The notes: generated by a model from the sequence alone, not told the origin. Counted from the first letter of the stretch, positions 1 through 10,511 are shown. The stretch: 64,000 nt of DNA from Nitrososphaerota archaeon (GCA_027320425.1 DAHVLJ010000005.1:22832-86831), one strand, 5' to 3'. Program-made: numbers and translations.

Positions 1-13
1 ATGCTTTTCGAGC

Positions 14-319
14 TTAGCCGAAGAGCGAAGCGAGACCCTGTAGAGCCTCTTCTTCCTTCTTCTCCTCTTCCTTCGGCTTCTCTTCTGCCTTCGCAGCGGG
101 TGCGCCAGGAGCAGCGGCAGCCGCGGCAGGTGCCGCAGCCATGGTGGCCGCGTTCTTCAGCGCCTCGTCGATGTTTACCTCGCTGAGGGCAGATGCAAGA
201 GCCTTGATCTTCACTTCGTCTGGTGAGCTACCGGTTGCCTTGACGACGCTCGTCAGGTTCTCTTCGTTGACCGGCTTCCCCAGCTTGTGAAGAAGGAGGG
301 CGGCGTAAACGTACTCCAT
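14..319 (-). CDS. rpl12: 50S ribosomal stalk protein P1 (L12e/P1 family)
   Basis: 101-aa [25 protein letters not shown]... An Ala/Pro hinge is followed by the acidic tail [19 protein letters not shown], typical of archaeal/eukaryotic P-stalk proteins. Confidence 0.9.
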   Translation of the reverse strand: MEYVYAALLLHKLGKPVNEENLTSVVKATGSSPDEVKIKALASALSEVNIDEALKNAATMAAAPAAAAAAPGAPAAKAEEKPKEEEKKEEEALQGLASLFG

Positions 320-351
320 TTGAATTCGGAAAGGCGAACTTAGTTCGGTAT

Positions 352-849
352 TTAACTATTTGACGCGGAATCCCCGGGCTGGTCCCTCGTCATCACCACA
401 TACTCCCCTTTGAACCCCAGTTTCTCGTACAGCGAATACGCGACCTTGTTGTTCGCCCTCACCATGAGGCCAGTCAGCTCGAACCCTCTCTTCCTGCTGA
501 CGTCAAGAGCCCGCCTCAACAGGGCCTCTCCGACCCCCCTGCCGCGGTGCCCCGGGACGACGAACAGGTCGTAGACCCAACCCACCTTCATGTCGCTGAA
601 CGGCCTTTCCGCGACCCCGAACCAGACGTACCCTGCGATCTCAGCGCTCCCGTCTACCATGGCGACATAGATCTCGTTCCCACCCACTCTCAGCTGGTCG
701 TCCATGCGCTCGGCGAACACCCTCTTCGCCCGACCGACGTCCTTCCGTTCTGTCTCGTTGAGCTCGTCAGGGAGCTCCTCCACAGAGAGCTTCTTGATCA
801 GCTGGAGCTCGTCCTTCCTCGCTTCTCTGACCGTGACCTCTGTTCTCAT
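352..849 (-). CDS. GNAT family N-acetyltransferase
   Basis: Acetyl-CoA motif [19 protein letters not shown] and C-terminal [14 protein letters not shown]. The ORF track starts at 930, but the ATG at 849 ([10 protein letters not shown]) removes an Arg-rich extension. Confidence 0.8.
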   Translation of the reverse strand: MRTEVTVREARKDELQLIKKLSVEELPDELNETERKDVGRAKRVFAERMDDQLRVGGNEIYVAMVDGSAEIAGYVWFGVAERPFSDMKVGWVYDLFVVPGHRGRGVGEALLRRALDVSRKRGFELTGLMVRANNKVAYSLYEKLGFKGEYVVMTRDQPGDSASNS

Positions 850-968
850 CGCGTGGCATCGAAACTCATCTGCTCGATAAAGCGTTGCCCTAAGGAGGGC
901 CCTGGGGACCGAATCCCGACTCCGTCCCAAGTTTATCTACTTCAGGCCTTGGACACATCCAAGCCTAG

Positions 969-3689
969 TTGAATGAAAAGAAGCAAGCCCTGAAGGCAAA
1001 GTTCTCAGCGGATTACAAGAGGTACTACTTTGTCGACCTGTTCAGGCGCGAGGGCTTCGTCAGGCGGAGATGCGAGAGCTGCGGGAAATACTTCTGGACC
1101 CTCGACGATGAGAGGAAGCGGTGCGACGACCAGCCCTGCTCCCCCTACACCTTCATCGGCGACCCCCCGGCGTCGAAGAGGTTCGGTTACGTCGACGCGT
1201 GGAAGGCGGTCGAGTCATTCTTCGCCAAGAACGGTCACGCCATAGTCAAGCGCTACCCTGTGGTGAGCCGGTGGCGCCCTGACCTTTACTTCACTGTAGC
1301 CTCGATCATAGACTTCCAGAGGGTGGAGGGAGGGAAGGTGGTCTTCTCGCTCCCAGCCAACCCGCTGGTGGTCCCTCAGATGTGCCTGAGGTTCAACGAC
1401 GTCCCTACGGTAGGCGTGAACGGGAAGCACGGCACCTCTTTCTGCATGGTGGGCCAGACCGCGCTCGCGAACAAGGAAGGGTACTGGAAGGACAGGACCA
1501 TAGACCTCGACTTCGACCTCCTCACCAAGACCTTCGGCATCAAGAAGGAGGAGATCAGCTTCGACGAGGACGTCTGGATGGGGTACGGCGCTTTCGGGTA
1601 TTCTCTGCAGTACAACGTCCGCGGCCTCGAGACGGGCAACGCGGTCTTCACCGCGTTCGAGGGGAGCCCCGACAGGTACGTCCCACTGAAGGAGCCGGTG
1701 GTGGACATGGGAGCGGGCCTAGAGCGCCTCGCATGGCTCACCCAGGGGACCCCCACCGCGTATGACTCCTACCTGGCTCCGGTCCTCAGGAGGATGAAGG
1801 AGGAGAACCACGTCGAGTACGACGAGAAGCTCTTCCGCCGCTACTCAGCCCTCGCAGGTGAAATCAACCTCGACGAGTACAGGAACTTGGACGAGGCAAG
1901 GCAGAAGATTGCGAAGGCTCTGGGCGAAGACGCGTCCAAGCTCTGGAGCCAGTTCGGCGCGCTTGAAGCGATGTACGCGATCGCCGACCACACGAGGACG
2001 CTGCTCTTCGCCGTGGCCGACGGGATGCTCCCGTCCAACTCAGGGGGCGGCTACAACCTCAGGATGATCTTCAGGCGGGCCAGGAACTTCATCAACTATT
2101 ACAAGTTCGACCTCCAGGTCTCCGACCTCATCGACTGGCACATCGCCCAGCTGAAGGGGATGTACCCGGAGCTCGCAGAGCACGGCCCGGACGTGAAGGA
2201 AGTGCTGGGGGTCGAGGAGTCCAGGTTCACTTCATCCACTGAAAGGGTCTCCAAGATAGTCTCCTCTCTCTCCACTCAGGGGAAGGAGCTGACCACGGAC
2301 GAGCTGGTCAAGCTGTACGACTCGGACGGAGTCACTCCCGAGCAGCTGATGGAAGCGGGAGCCAAGGTGAGCCCTCCTGAAGGGTTCTACGAGAAGGTGC
2401 AGGCCCGCCATCTGACGCGGGAGCTTGAGCAGCCTAAGATGCAGTTCGACACGAGGATGCTGAAGCCGACAAAGCTCTGGTACTACGAGGAAGGGGCGCC
2501 CTTTGACTTCACCGCGAAGGTGGTAAAGGTCTTCGAAGGCAGATACGTGGTCCTTGACCGGACAGGGTTCTATCCGAGGGGAGGGGGGCAGGAGCCTGAC
2601 AGGGGGACCATCGGAGGAGCAAAGGTGGTCGACATCGAAAAGTACGGCGACGTGGTGATCCACAAGGTCGAAGGAAAGGCGCCGAAGCCAGGCGCTCGCG
2701 TAGAGTGCCGCGTCGACCAGCGCAGGCGCAGGAGGGTGACCCAGATCCACACCGCCACCCACATCATCAACGGCTCCTCGAGGCAGGTGCTGGGCCCCTG
2801 GGTCTGGCAGCACTCCGCGTTCAAGGAAGAAGACTACGGCAGGATAGACATCACGCACTTCTCGCATCTGACCGAGGCGCAGGTGCAGAAGATCGAAGAC
2901 GTAGCGAACGAGATAGTGAGGAAGAACCTGGCGGTGAAGAACACTTGGATGCCTAGGCAGGAGGCGGAGACAAGATACGGCTTCAGGCTCTACCAGGGCG
3001 GCGTCGTTCCGGGGAAGCTCGTAAGGGTGGTGGACATAGGAGGCTGGGACGTCGAAGCCTGCGGCGGCACGCACGCGAGGTCGACCGGGGAGGTCGGGCT
3101 GATCAAGATAACGAAGGCAGAGAGGGTCCAGGACGGCGTAGAACGGCTAGAGTTCGTCGCCGGGGAGGCGGCGGTAGAGTTCATGCACAGGATGGACTCT
3201 GAGCTCGGGGAGCTGTCTTCGATCTTCGGGACCCAGAGAGAGAATCTGCCGAGGGTGGCCAAGGGGATCCTGGGAGAGCTGGCCGAGTCCAGAGCGAAGG
3301 AGAAGGCGCTCGGACAGAAGGTCGTGGAGATGTCGTCGTCTGGGGTAGCTTCGGAAGCGAAGAGAGTCGGGGGCGCAAAGCTTTACGTATCTAAGAGCCC
3401 TTCCCTGGGCGAGGAACAGATTATTGCTCAAGGACAGAAGAGCGTCGCCGACGACCCGTCCCTAGTTTACGTCACGGTGTTCTCCACCGGCAAATCTGCA
3501 AGGATCATCTGCTTCGTCGGAACAGAGGCCGCGAAGTCTGGATTCTCAGCCGTCGACGTCGTAAGGAAGCTGGCCCCGACGCTCGGTGGATCAGGCGGCG
3601 GCTCCCCGACGTTCGCGCAGGGGGGCGGACCTCTGGTGGGCAAGATTGATGACGCCGCTTCCGCAGCTGAAAACCTCTCGTCGAGTTGA
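969..3689 (+). CDS. alaS: alanine--tRNA ligase (archaeal type)
   Basis: 906 aa with editing-domain motifs HTATHIING and EACGGTHARSTGEVG. TTG start. The stop overlaps the next ORF. Confidence 0.93.
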   Translation: MNEKKQALKAKFSADYKRYYFVDLFRREGFVRRRCESCGKYFWTLDDERKRCDDQPCSPYTFIGDPPASKRFGYVDAWKAVESFFAKNGHAIVKRYPVVSRWRPDLYFTVASIIDFQRVEGGKVVFSLPANPLVVPQMCLRFNDVPTVGVNGKHGTSFCMVGQTALANKEGYWKDRTIDLDFDLLTKTFGIKKEEISFDEDVWMGYGAFGYSLQYNVRGLETGNAVFTAFEGSPDRYVPLKEPVVDMGAGLERLAWLTQGTPTAYDSYLAPVLRRMKEENHVEYDEKLFRRYSALAGEINLDEYRNLDEARQKIAKALGEDASKLWSQFGALEAMYAIADHTRTLLFAVADGMLPSNSGGGYNLRMIFRRARNFINYYKFDLQVSDLIDWHIAQLKGMYPELAEHGPDVKEVLGVEESRFTSSTERVSKIVSSLSTQGKELTTDELVKLYDSDGVTPEQLMEAGAKVSPPEGFYEKVQARHLTRELEQPKMQFDTRMLKPTKLWYYEEGAPFDFTAKVVKVFEGRYVVLDRTGFYPRGGGQEPDRGTIGGAKVVDIEKYGDVVIHKVEGKAPKPGARVECRVDQRRRRRVTQIHTATHIINGSSRQVLGPWVWQHSAFKEEDYGRIDITHFSHLTEAQVQKIEDVANEIVRKNLAVKNTWMPRQEAETRYGFRLYQGGVVPGKLVRVVDIGGWDVEACGGTHARSTGEVGLIKITKAERVQDGVERLEFVAGEAAVEFMHRMDSELGELSSIFGTQRENLPRVAKGILGELAESRAKEKALGQKVVEMSSSGVASEAKRVGGAKLYVSKSPSLGEEQIIAQGQKSVADDPSLVYVTVFSTGKSARIICFVGTEAAKSGFSAVDVVRKLAPTLGGSGGGSPTFAQGGGPLVGKIDDAASAAENLSSS

Positions 3690-3694
3690 CAGGG

Positions 3695-6526
3695 ATGTCA
3701 GCGCGCGAGAAGTACTGGCTGAAAGTATGGGACGACAAACACGCCTTCGAACCTGACCCGGTGGCCGGGAAGAAGAAGGTCTTCGTCACTTTCCCTTTCC
3801 CATACATGAACTCGGCCGTCCACGTCGGGACCGCTTTCACTGCCAGTCACCTTGAGTTCTATTCTCGTTTCAAGAGGCTTCAGGGGTACAACGTCCTCTT
3901 CCCCTGGGCCTGGCACTGGACCGGGACGACAATCGTCGGGATGAGCAAGAGGCTCAAGGAAGGCGACCCGAGCGTCAGACGGGCGTTCATCGAGCTCGAC
4001 CACGTCCCGGAGAAGGAAGTCGCGAAGTTCGTCGAGCCGGAATACCTCGCCTCCTACTACACCAAGCAGAGCCGTCAGGTGATGAAGGAGACGGGGTTCT
4101 CAATAGACTGGAGGCGCGAGTTCAGGACCATCGACCCCGCCTTCAGGAAGTTCGTGGAGTGGCAGTATCTGCACCTCCGCGAGCTCGGGTACGTGGTCCA
4201 GGGGACCCATCCCGTGGTGTGGTGCCCCTTCGACAAGAGCCCCACGGGCGACCATGACAGGCTGGAGGGTGAGGGGGTGTCCCCGACCGAGTTCAGCCTG
4301 ATCAAGTTCCACCTGGGTGAGTTCGCGCTCGTCGCCGCCACACTGAGGCCCGAGACCATCTACGGGGCTACAAACATCTGGGTCAACCCTGAAGCCGACT
4401 ACAGCGAGGCACGCGTGGACGGAGAGCTCTGGATAGTGAGCTCGGCCGCCCTCGCGAAGCTTTCAGAACAGAAGCACGACGTGGTCCCCGTCCGGGAGTT
4501 CAAGGGCTCCGACCTATTCGGGAGGTATGCGATGGCGCCGCTGACGGGGAAGTCGCTCCCAATCCTTCCAGGGAAGTTCGTCGACCCGTCACTTTCGACC
4601 GGAGTCGTGTTCAGCGTCCCAGCCCACGCTCCATACGACCTGATGGCACTGCGGGACATCCAGGAGGGGAGGGTGCAGGTGGGCAGGCAGATCAAAGAGA
4701 TCGCCGACGGCATCGTCCCGATACCGATCCTCTCATTGGCAGGATATTCGAAGGTCCCTGCCGAAGACGCCGTAAGGAAAATGGAGGTCAAGGACTCCAT
4801 GGACCCTAACCTTGAGGCCGCCACACAGGAGGTGTACAGCGCCGAGTTCCACAAGGGGGTCCTGAGCCAGAACTCAGGGCCCCTATCGGGGATGACTGTC
4901 CCAGATGCCAAGACCAAGGCCATGGAGCTCATCTCCAAGACAGGGAGGTCTGCCAAGATGTTCGAGCTCGCAGAGAAAGTGGTCTGCCGCTGCGGCACCA
5001 GATGCTACGTCAAGATCCTCGAGAACCAGTGGTTCCTGAACTATTCCAACCCTGAGTGGAAGGCAAAGGCGAAGCTCGTGGTCGAAAGGGCGGTGATGTA
5101 TCCAGAAGATGCGAGACAGGTCTTCTACTCGACCATAGAGTGGCTGAACGACTGGCCGTGCGCAAGGCGCTCAGGCATGGGGACCAGGCTCCCCTGGGAC
5201 AAGGACTGGCTGGTTGAGACCCTGAGCGACTCTACCGTCTACATGGCCTACTATTCCATCAGCAAGTTCGTCAACGCCGAGAAGATAGGGCCCGACAGCC
5301 TGACTCCCGAAGTGCTGGACTACGTGCTTCTTGGGAAGGGGAACCCTGCGAGCCTGGCAAAGGCTGTCAAGACGACCGAGCGGGTGTTGAAAGACATGAG
5401 GACCGAGTTCACCTACTGGTATCCTGTAGACCTCCGCAATTCGGGGAAGGACCTCATTCCAAACCATCTCACCTTCTATGCGTTCCATCACGCGGCGCTC
5501 TTCCCAGAGAAGCAGTGGCCGCGAGGGTTCGGCATCAACGGCATGATCACCATCGAGGGGAAGAAGATGAGCAAGTCGAGAGGCAACTTCGTTACCTGGA
5601 AGGACGCCAAGGTGAAGTACGGCTCCGACGCGTTCAGGCTAGCCCTCGCGCTGACTGCAGACGGGATGGACGATGCGGACTGGAGGGACAGAGCCGCCAT
5701 GGACGCGAAGGAGAAGGTAGAGGCGGTCATCCCGTTCGTAAAGAAGACGATGGACGCCTCGGTCAACCGGGAGGAGAACGCACTGGACTCCTGGCTGGTC
5801 TCCTCTGTCAACGGGCGGATAGCCACGGCGACGGGTGCCTTGGAGGAACTGCGGATGAGGAGGGCCTCGGCTACGATCTTCTTGGACATCTGGAACGACC
5901 TGCGATACTACCTGAGAAGGTCGGGGAAGCCTCGGCGCCAGACGCTGAGCGAAGTGTTCAACGCCTGGGTCAGGATGATGTCTCCGTTCACGCCCTTCAT
6001 GTCCGAGGACCTGAACCGCGAGCTGGGCGGTAAGGGCCTGGTCTGCCAGGCCGACTGGCCGACCCCAAAGGACTTCCCGGTGGATCAGGAGGCTCTGCTG
6101 GCAGAGGCGGTCCTGGGGAAGGTCATAGAAGACGCGCGCAACGTCCTGAAGGTCGTGAGGGGACCCAGGACGAAGCTGAACGTCTACGTCTGCTCAGACG
6201 CGGCCAAGAGCTACTTCTACGAGATGGCATCGGCAAAACAGAAGAAAGAGAACGTCGGCCTGGTCGTGAAGAAGTACTCGCAGCTTGGCATACAGCCTGA
6301 CAGAGTGTTCAAGCTCAGCTTCGAGATCGGAGAAGAGCTGCTCGGGAAGATTCTCTCCCACAAGGGGTTCGACGAGTTCAAGGCGCTGTCGGAGGCGTCA
6401 TCTTTCATGTCGGCAGAGCTGGGAATCGAGGTCTCAGTGCAGAAGGCAGGCGCCAAGACCACAAGGGACCCGGCGAACAGAGCAAAAGACGCGCTGCCCA
6501 CCAAGCCGGCGCTCTATCTGGAATAG
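3695..6526 (+). CDS. leuS: leucine--tRNA ligase (archaeal type)
   Basis: About 943 aa with KMSKS motif GKKMSKSRGN and class-I fold signature PYMNSAVHVG. The ORF opens at TTG 3686, a 4-nt overlap with alaS. ATG 3695 gives MSAREKYW. Confidence 0.92.
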   Translation: MSAREKYWLKVWDDKHAFEPDPVAGKKKVFVTFPFPYMNSAVHVGTAFTASHLEFYSRFKRLQGYNVLFPWAWHWTGTTIVGMSKRLKEGDPSVRRAFIELDHVPEKEVAKFVEPEYLASYYTKQSRQVMKETGFSIDWRREFRTIDPAFRKFVEWQYLHLRELGYVVQGTHPVVWCPFDKSPTGDHDRLEGEGVSPTEFSLIKFHLGEFALVAATLRPETIYGATNIWVNPEADYSEARVDGELWIVSSAALAKLSEQKHDVVPVREFKGSDLFGRYAMAPLTGKSLPILPGKFVDPSLSTGVVFSVPAHAPYDLMALRDIQEGRVQVGRQIKEIADGIVPIPILSLAGYSKVPAEDAVRKMEVKDSMDPNLEAATQEVYSAEFHKGVLSQNSGPLSGMTVPDAKTKAMELISKTGRSAKMFELAEKVVCRCGTRCYVKILENQWFLNYSNPEWKAKAKLVVERAVMYPEDARQVFYSTIEWLNDWPCARRSGMGTRLPWDKDWLVETLSDSTVYMAYYSISKFVNAEKIGPDSLTPEVLDYVLLGKGNPASLAKAVKTTERVLKDMRTEFTYWYPVDLRNSGKDLIPNHLTFYAFHHAALFPEKQWPRGFGINGMITIEGKKMSKSRGNFVTWKDAKVKYGSDAFRLALALTADGMDDADWRDRAAMDAKEKVEAVIPFVKKTMDASVNREENALDSWLVSSVNGRIATATGALEELRMRRASATIFLDIWNDLRYYLRRSGKPRRQTLSEVFNAWVRMMSPFTPFMSEDLNRELGGKGLVCQADWPTPKDFPVDQEALLAEAVLGKVIEDARNVLKVVRGPRTKLNVYVCSDAAKSYFYEMASAKQKKENVGLVVKKYSQLGIQPDRVFKLSFEIGEELLGKILSHKGFDEFKALSEASSFMSAELGIEVSVQKAGAKTTRDPANRAKDALPTKPALYLE

Positions 6527-6559
6527 AACCATGCGACCGGAGCGGCCCGGAAGCTCACT

Positions 6560-6778
6560 TCAGCCGCCGATCTTGTACATTCCAGTGCCGCAGACGGGGC
6601 AGACGCCCTTCATGGCATGACGCCCGTTCTTCATGGTCACGCTTTGAGGGCTTTTCATTTCTCGGCTCGCTTTGCACTTGACGCAATACGCTTGTACCGT
6701 GGTCTGTCGGCTCAAACGTCGGATCGACCCGCTATAAACCGCACCGTTAGAACCCCTCTTGAACGCGGTTATACCCAT
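6560..6778 (-). CDS. small zinc-ribbon protein (DUF5679-like)
   Basis: The C-terminal 44 aa, AYCVKCKASREMKSPQSVTMKNGRHAMKGVCPVCGTGMYKIGG, match the CxxC...CxxC pattern I recall for DUF5679. The 28-aa N-terminal extension is uncertain. Confidence 0.55.
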   Translation of the reverse strand: MGITAFKRGSNGAVYSGSIRRLSRQTTVQAYCVKCKASREMKSPQSVTMKNGRHAMKGVCPVCGTGMYKIGG

Positions 6779-6813
6779 GGTTCAAATACGGGAAACGGTC
6801 GCGCAAGCGTGAG

Positions 6814-7716
6814 ATGGCCGCCGAGAGCCCGAGTCTCAAGGCCGTAGCGAGGGTAAGGATGTCTGATGAATGGTCAGACTACACCCTCTACGAGCGCCTT
6901 TCGAAGACCGTGTCTGCTGACAGCCCTTTTTCGACAGTGCTGAAGACCTTGTCCGACACCGAACACGGTCACTACGAGTTCTGGCGAAGATACGTCCCGG
7001 GCGAAGAGCCCAAGCTTGCGAAGCTCAAGCTCTATTGGGTGCTCTTCCTCAGGAGGTTCCTCGGACTGACTTTCGCCACCAGATATCTCGACAGGCACGA
7101 GGCCAAGGTGGTGGCGGAGTATCGTGCGCTCGCCTCACTGATCCCACCTGAGGATAAGACCGCCTTCGACCTGATGGTCTCTGACGAAAAAGACCACGAG
7201 AAGGCGTTTGCTATGAAAGCCGAAAGCACGGCGGTCGCCTACATCTCTTTCGTGGTCCTCGGCCTGGCAGACGCCTTGGTCGAGATCTCGGGGATACACG
7301 CAGGGTGGCTGGGCCTCTTCGAGAAGACAGAGATCGCAGGGCTCGCCGGCATCATCGCAGGAGGGGCCGCGTCGCTCGCGATGGCCTCCGCTGCGTTCGC
7401 CCAGGCGAAGCAGGGAGGGTTCAAAGGCTCCGCGAGGGTGAGCGCCGCTTACACTGGTGTTTCCTATTTCGTGACCGCGGTCCTGCTGGCCACCCCATAC
7501 TTCCTTACCACTAGCATGCCGTTGGCGCTGGGAGGGTCCCTTACCATGGCCGTCATAATCCTCGCGATAACGACCTGGTACAGCGTCGTCATCCAGCAGA
7601 AGCTGTTCATGAGAGACTTCTTCGAGATACTGCTCATCCTCTTCGCGACCACAATCGTGGTCTTCACCCTGGGGTTCGCAGTCAGTACCGCGTTCCCTGG
7701 GATCAAGGTCCTCTAG
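6814..7716 (+). CDS. VIT1/CCC1-family Fe/Mn transporter with N-terminal ferritin-like domain
   Basis: The N-terminal helical part has DTEHGHYEFW and SDEKDHEKAF (E..H pairs). The membrane part has VLGLADALVEISG and AGGAASLAMASAAF, typical of VIT1. An alternative ATG lies at 6859. Confidence 0.6.
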   Translation: MAAESPSLKAVARVRMSDEWSDYTLYERLSKTVSADSPFSTVLKTLSDTEHGHYEFWRRYVPGEEPKLAKLKLYWVLFLRRFLGLTFATRYLDRHEAKVVAEYRALASLIPPEDKTAFDLMVSDEKDHEKAFAMKAESTAVAYISFVVLGLADALVEISGIHAGWLGLFEKTEIAGLAGIIAGGAASLAMASAAFAQAKQGGFKGSARVSAAYTGVSYFVTAVLLATPYFLTTSMPLALGGSLTMAVIILAITTWYSVVIQQKLFMRDFFEILLILFATTIVVFTLGFAVSTAFPGIKVL

Positions 7717-7830
7717 GGCCGAGAGCGCAAGAAACCGACAAAACGTCTTATTACCAAACCCGCTCGCCTGAGGCGAGAACCAGTGCAGAGAGCCGTCGCC
7801 CTTCAGAGGGGCCCAACGAAGAAGGCAGAA

Positions 7831-8655
7831 ATGGTGAAACAGGTCTGTGATTACATCAGGGAGAACTCCACGGGCCGGATCACCCTGAAGAGCCTTGGCG
7901 CAAGCTTCGGCGTCAGCCCCTTCCATCTGCAGAGGATCTTCACGGAGGTCATGGGGATGTCTCCCAGAGAGTACCTCGAAGAGTTCAGGGTGAGCAGGCT
8001 AAGGGAGCATCTGTCGAAGGGTGAGCCGGTCGTGCGAGCTCTGAGGGGGACAGGGTATTCGGCGCAGAGCTGGCTCTATGAAGACTCGAAGAGGAGACTC
8101 GGGATGACGCCTGCCACGTACCGCAGAGGGGGCCAGGGGGCGGCCATAGCTTACGCCACGGGGACGTCGTCTCTGGGCCGCCTGCTCGTCGCCACGACAG
8201 ACCACGGTGTCTGTGCGGTCAAGGCGGGGAGAAACGACGAAGAGCTGGTCAGAGCACTGAAGGCGGAGTTCCCGAATGCGAAGATGGAGAAAGCGGCCAG
8301 GGCAAAGCGCTACCTCGACGCCCTGAACAAGCACCTGAGCGGACAGGAAGTCAGGTTCCCGCTCGACGTCAGGGGGACCGACTTCCAGCTACGGGTCTGG
8401 ACGGCCCTCAGGGGAATCCCCCTCGGCGAGACGCGTTCATATCACGAGGTGGCAGAGATGGTGGGACGGCCAAAGGCCGTCAGGGCGGTTGCCAACGCCT
8501 GTGCGTCCAATCCTGTGCCTCTCATAATCCCATGCCACCGCGTGATCCGGAAGGACGGAAGCCTGGGAGGATACGGCCTCGGAATCTACAGGAAGAGGGC
8601 CCTCCTGTCCAGAGAAAGCGCGATGGCCCCGGGGAAGGAAACAGACAACAGTTGA
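7831..8655 (+). CDS. AraC-type HTH fused to methylated-DNA--protein-cysteine methyltransferase (Ada/Ogt-like)
   Basis: N-terminal AraC HTH: ITLKSLGASFGVSPFHLQRIFTEVMGMSPREYL. C-terminal MGMT active site IIPCHRVIRKDGSLGGY. ATG at 7831; the ORF opens at GTG 7783. Confidence 0.85.
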   Translation: MVKQVCDYIRENSTGRITLKSLGASFGVSPFHLQRIFTEVMGMSPREYLEEFRVSRLREHLSKGEPVVRALRGTGYSAQSWLYEDSKRRLGMTPATYRRGGQGAAIAYATGTSSLGRLLVATTDHGVCAVKAGRNDEELVRALKAEFPNAKMEKAARAKRYLDALNKHLSGQEVRFPLDVRGTDFQLRVWTALRGIPLGETRSYHEVAEMVGRPKAVRAVANACASNPVPLIIPCHRVIRKDGSLGGYGLGIYRKRALLSRESAMAPGKETDNS

Positions 8656-9527
8656 GCTTGAAGAGCGTAACCGCCTATTCTGGGCTCGTGGTTCTCAGCC
8701 TGATATGGGGGATGGCTTTCGTAGCGATAAAAGAAGTGGAAATCGAGCTTTCTCCCGTCAACCTGGCGCTGTTGAGATGGCTCATCGCAGCTATCCCATT
8801 CCTGATACTCCTCCCCGTCATAGGGAGGCCGAAGGTCAGATTCGAAAGAAAAGACATCCCCAGACTCCTTGCGGTCGCTCTAGCCAACGTCGCAGGCTAT
8901 CACCTGTCCCTGAACTACGCCGAGACGACGCTGTCCGCCGGCTTGTCGGCGCTGCTGATCGCTTTCGGTCCTATCTTCATCGTGATCCTCTCGTATCTCC
9001 TCCTTCATGAGAAGGCCGGACGGCGGGTCCTGGTCGGCCTGCTACTGGCGTTCGCCGGGACGGTCGTCCTTTCCATCGGAACCGTCAGTGCGAGCGACTT
9101 CTCTTCCCTTACAGGGGTGGCTGAGGCTTTGTTCACCGCACTGTGCTACGCCGTGTTCGCCGTCCTCGGGAAGCCGCTTGTGACCAAGTACGGGTCGGCT
9201 CCGACGACCATACTCGCAGGTCTGGTTGGGACCGCGATGATGACACCCCTTTTGACGAGGAGCTTTTTCAGCCAGGCCGCGTCTCTGTCATTCGACGGCT
9301 GGCTGGGCGTCCTGTACCTGGGGCTGCTGAGCACGGTGTTCGGGTACCTGATGTTCTACACCCTCGTGAGCAGAGGGGCGGTCACGAGGCTTTCGATTCA
9401 GCTCTACCTGATACCTGTCGTAAGCATCGCCGGAGGCGCGCTGCTGCTGGCCGAGCAGGTCACGCCAACCGTGGTGGTCGGCGGCGCCATGATGCTCGCT
9501 GCTGTAGCTATCTCCACCAAGAAGTAG
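8652..9527 (+). CDS. DMT superfamily (EamA-like) transporter
   Basis: About 10 predicted TM helices in two EamA-like halves. The ORF-track start 8532 lies inside the previous gene, so TTG 8652/8658 just before that gene's stop is the likely start. Confidence 0.75.
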   Translation: MSLKSVTAYSGLVVLSLIWGMAFVAIKEVEIELSPVNLALLRWLIAAIPFLILLPVIGRPKVRFERKDIPRLLAVALANVAGYHLSLNYAETTLSAGLSALLIAFGPIFIVILSYLLLHEKAGRRVLVGLLLAFAGTVVLSIGTVSASDFSSLTGVAEALFTALCYAVFAVLGKPLVTKYGSAPTTILAGLVGTAMMTPLLTRSFFSQAASLSFDGWLGVLYLGLLSTVFGYLMFYTLVSRGAVTRLSIQLYLIPVVSIAGGALLLAEQVTPTVVVGGAMMLAAVAISTKK

Positions 9528-9566
9528 CGAAGGCATGGAAGCGTCAACTTCATCTACCACAAGGCC

Positions 9567-10511
9567 GTGGCGGTCACAACCGGCGAATTGAGAAGTATTC
9601 TCTCTGTTTCCGACCTTTCGGCGTCCGAGCTGGATTCCCTGGTAAAGCGGTCGGCGGTACTGAAGAAGCAGATGCGCGCCAGGAAGCCGCCCTCGACCCT
9701 CGCAGGCAAAGTGGTCGGACTGCTCTTCGAGAAGCCTTCGACAAGGACCCGGACGAGCTTCGAGGTTGCGACCATCCGCCTCGGAGGTGACCCGGTCTAT
9801 CTCTCCGCTGGAGAGCTTCAACTGAGCAGGGGCGAGCCCGTCAGAGACACCGCGAGGATCTTGGGGGGATATCTGGACGCGATTGTAGGGAGGGTGTACT
9901 CGCAAGAGACGCTTTCTGAGCTGGCGAGGTATTCCGGGAGGCCTGTGGTAAACGCCCTGAGCGACACGGAGCACCCAACTCAGATTATCTCAGACTTGTT
10001 AACGATAAGCGAGGTCAAAGGGAAGCTCAAGGGACTCACCACCGCGTACATCGGCGACGGGAACAACGTCAGCAACTCGCTGTTGCTTGGCGGCGCCCTG
10101 ACTGGGATGAACGTGCTCGTCGCCTGCCCTGAGGGATACGAGCCTGACTCGAAGATCTACAAAGCGGCGCGGTCGATTGCAAGAAAGACTGGAGCTGACA
10201 TCGCTACGGTACGGGACCCGAAGGAAGCCCTGGCGAACGCAGACGTAGTGTACACAGACGTATGGGTGAGCATGGGCGAAGAGTCCGAGAAAGAGAAGAA
10301 GACGCGGGCGTTCAAAGGCTATCAGATCAACGCCGCCTTGATGAAGTCGGCTCCGAAGAGCGCGGTCGTGATGCACTGTCTTCCGGCTCACCGCGGACTG
10401 GAGATCACGGACGACGTGATCGAAGGAAAGCAGTCCGTCGTATGGCAGGAAGGAGAGAACAAGCTTTACGGCGCCGCCGCTTCGCTGGAGTTCATCTGCG
10501 GAGCGCACTAG
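9567..10511 (+). CDS. argF: ornithine carbamoyltransferase
   Basis: Motifs FEKPSTRTRTSFE, HPTQ, DVWVSMG and HCLPAHRG. HCLP is the OTCase-type motif rather than the ATCase one. GTG start. Confidence 0.9.
   Translation: MAVTTGELRSILSVSDLSASELDSLVKRSAVLKKQMRARKPPSTLAGKVVGLLFEKPSTRTRTSFEVATIRLGGDPVYLSAGELQLSRGEPVRDTARILGGYLDAIVGRVYSQETLSELARYSGRPVVNALSDTEHPTQIISDLLTISEVKGKLKGLTTAYIGDGNNVSNSLLLGGALTGMNVLVACPEGYEPDSKIYKAARSIARKTGADIATVRDPKEALANADVVYTDVWVSMGEESEKEKKTRAFKGYQINAALMKSAPKSAVVMHCLPAHRGLEITDDVIEGKQSVVWQEGENKLYGAAASLEFICGAH

Noticed and set aside
2232-3074. 280-aa ORF antisense to alaS
   Set aside because: Shadow ORF inside a well-supported AlaRS gene.
7135-7926. 263-aa minus-strand ORF spanning the VIT1 gene end and the ada/ogt-like gene start
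   Set aside because: It overlaps two motif-supported plus-strand genes and their intergenic promoter. The composition is junk-like.
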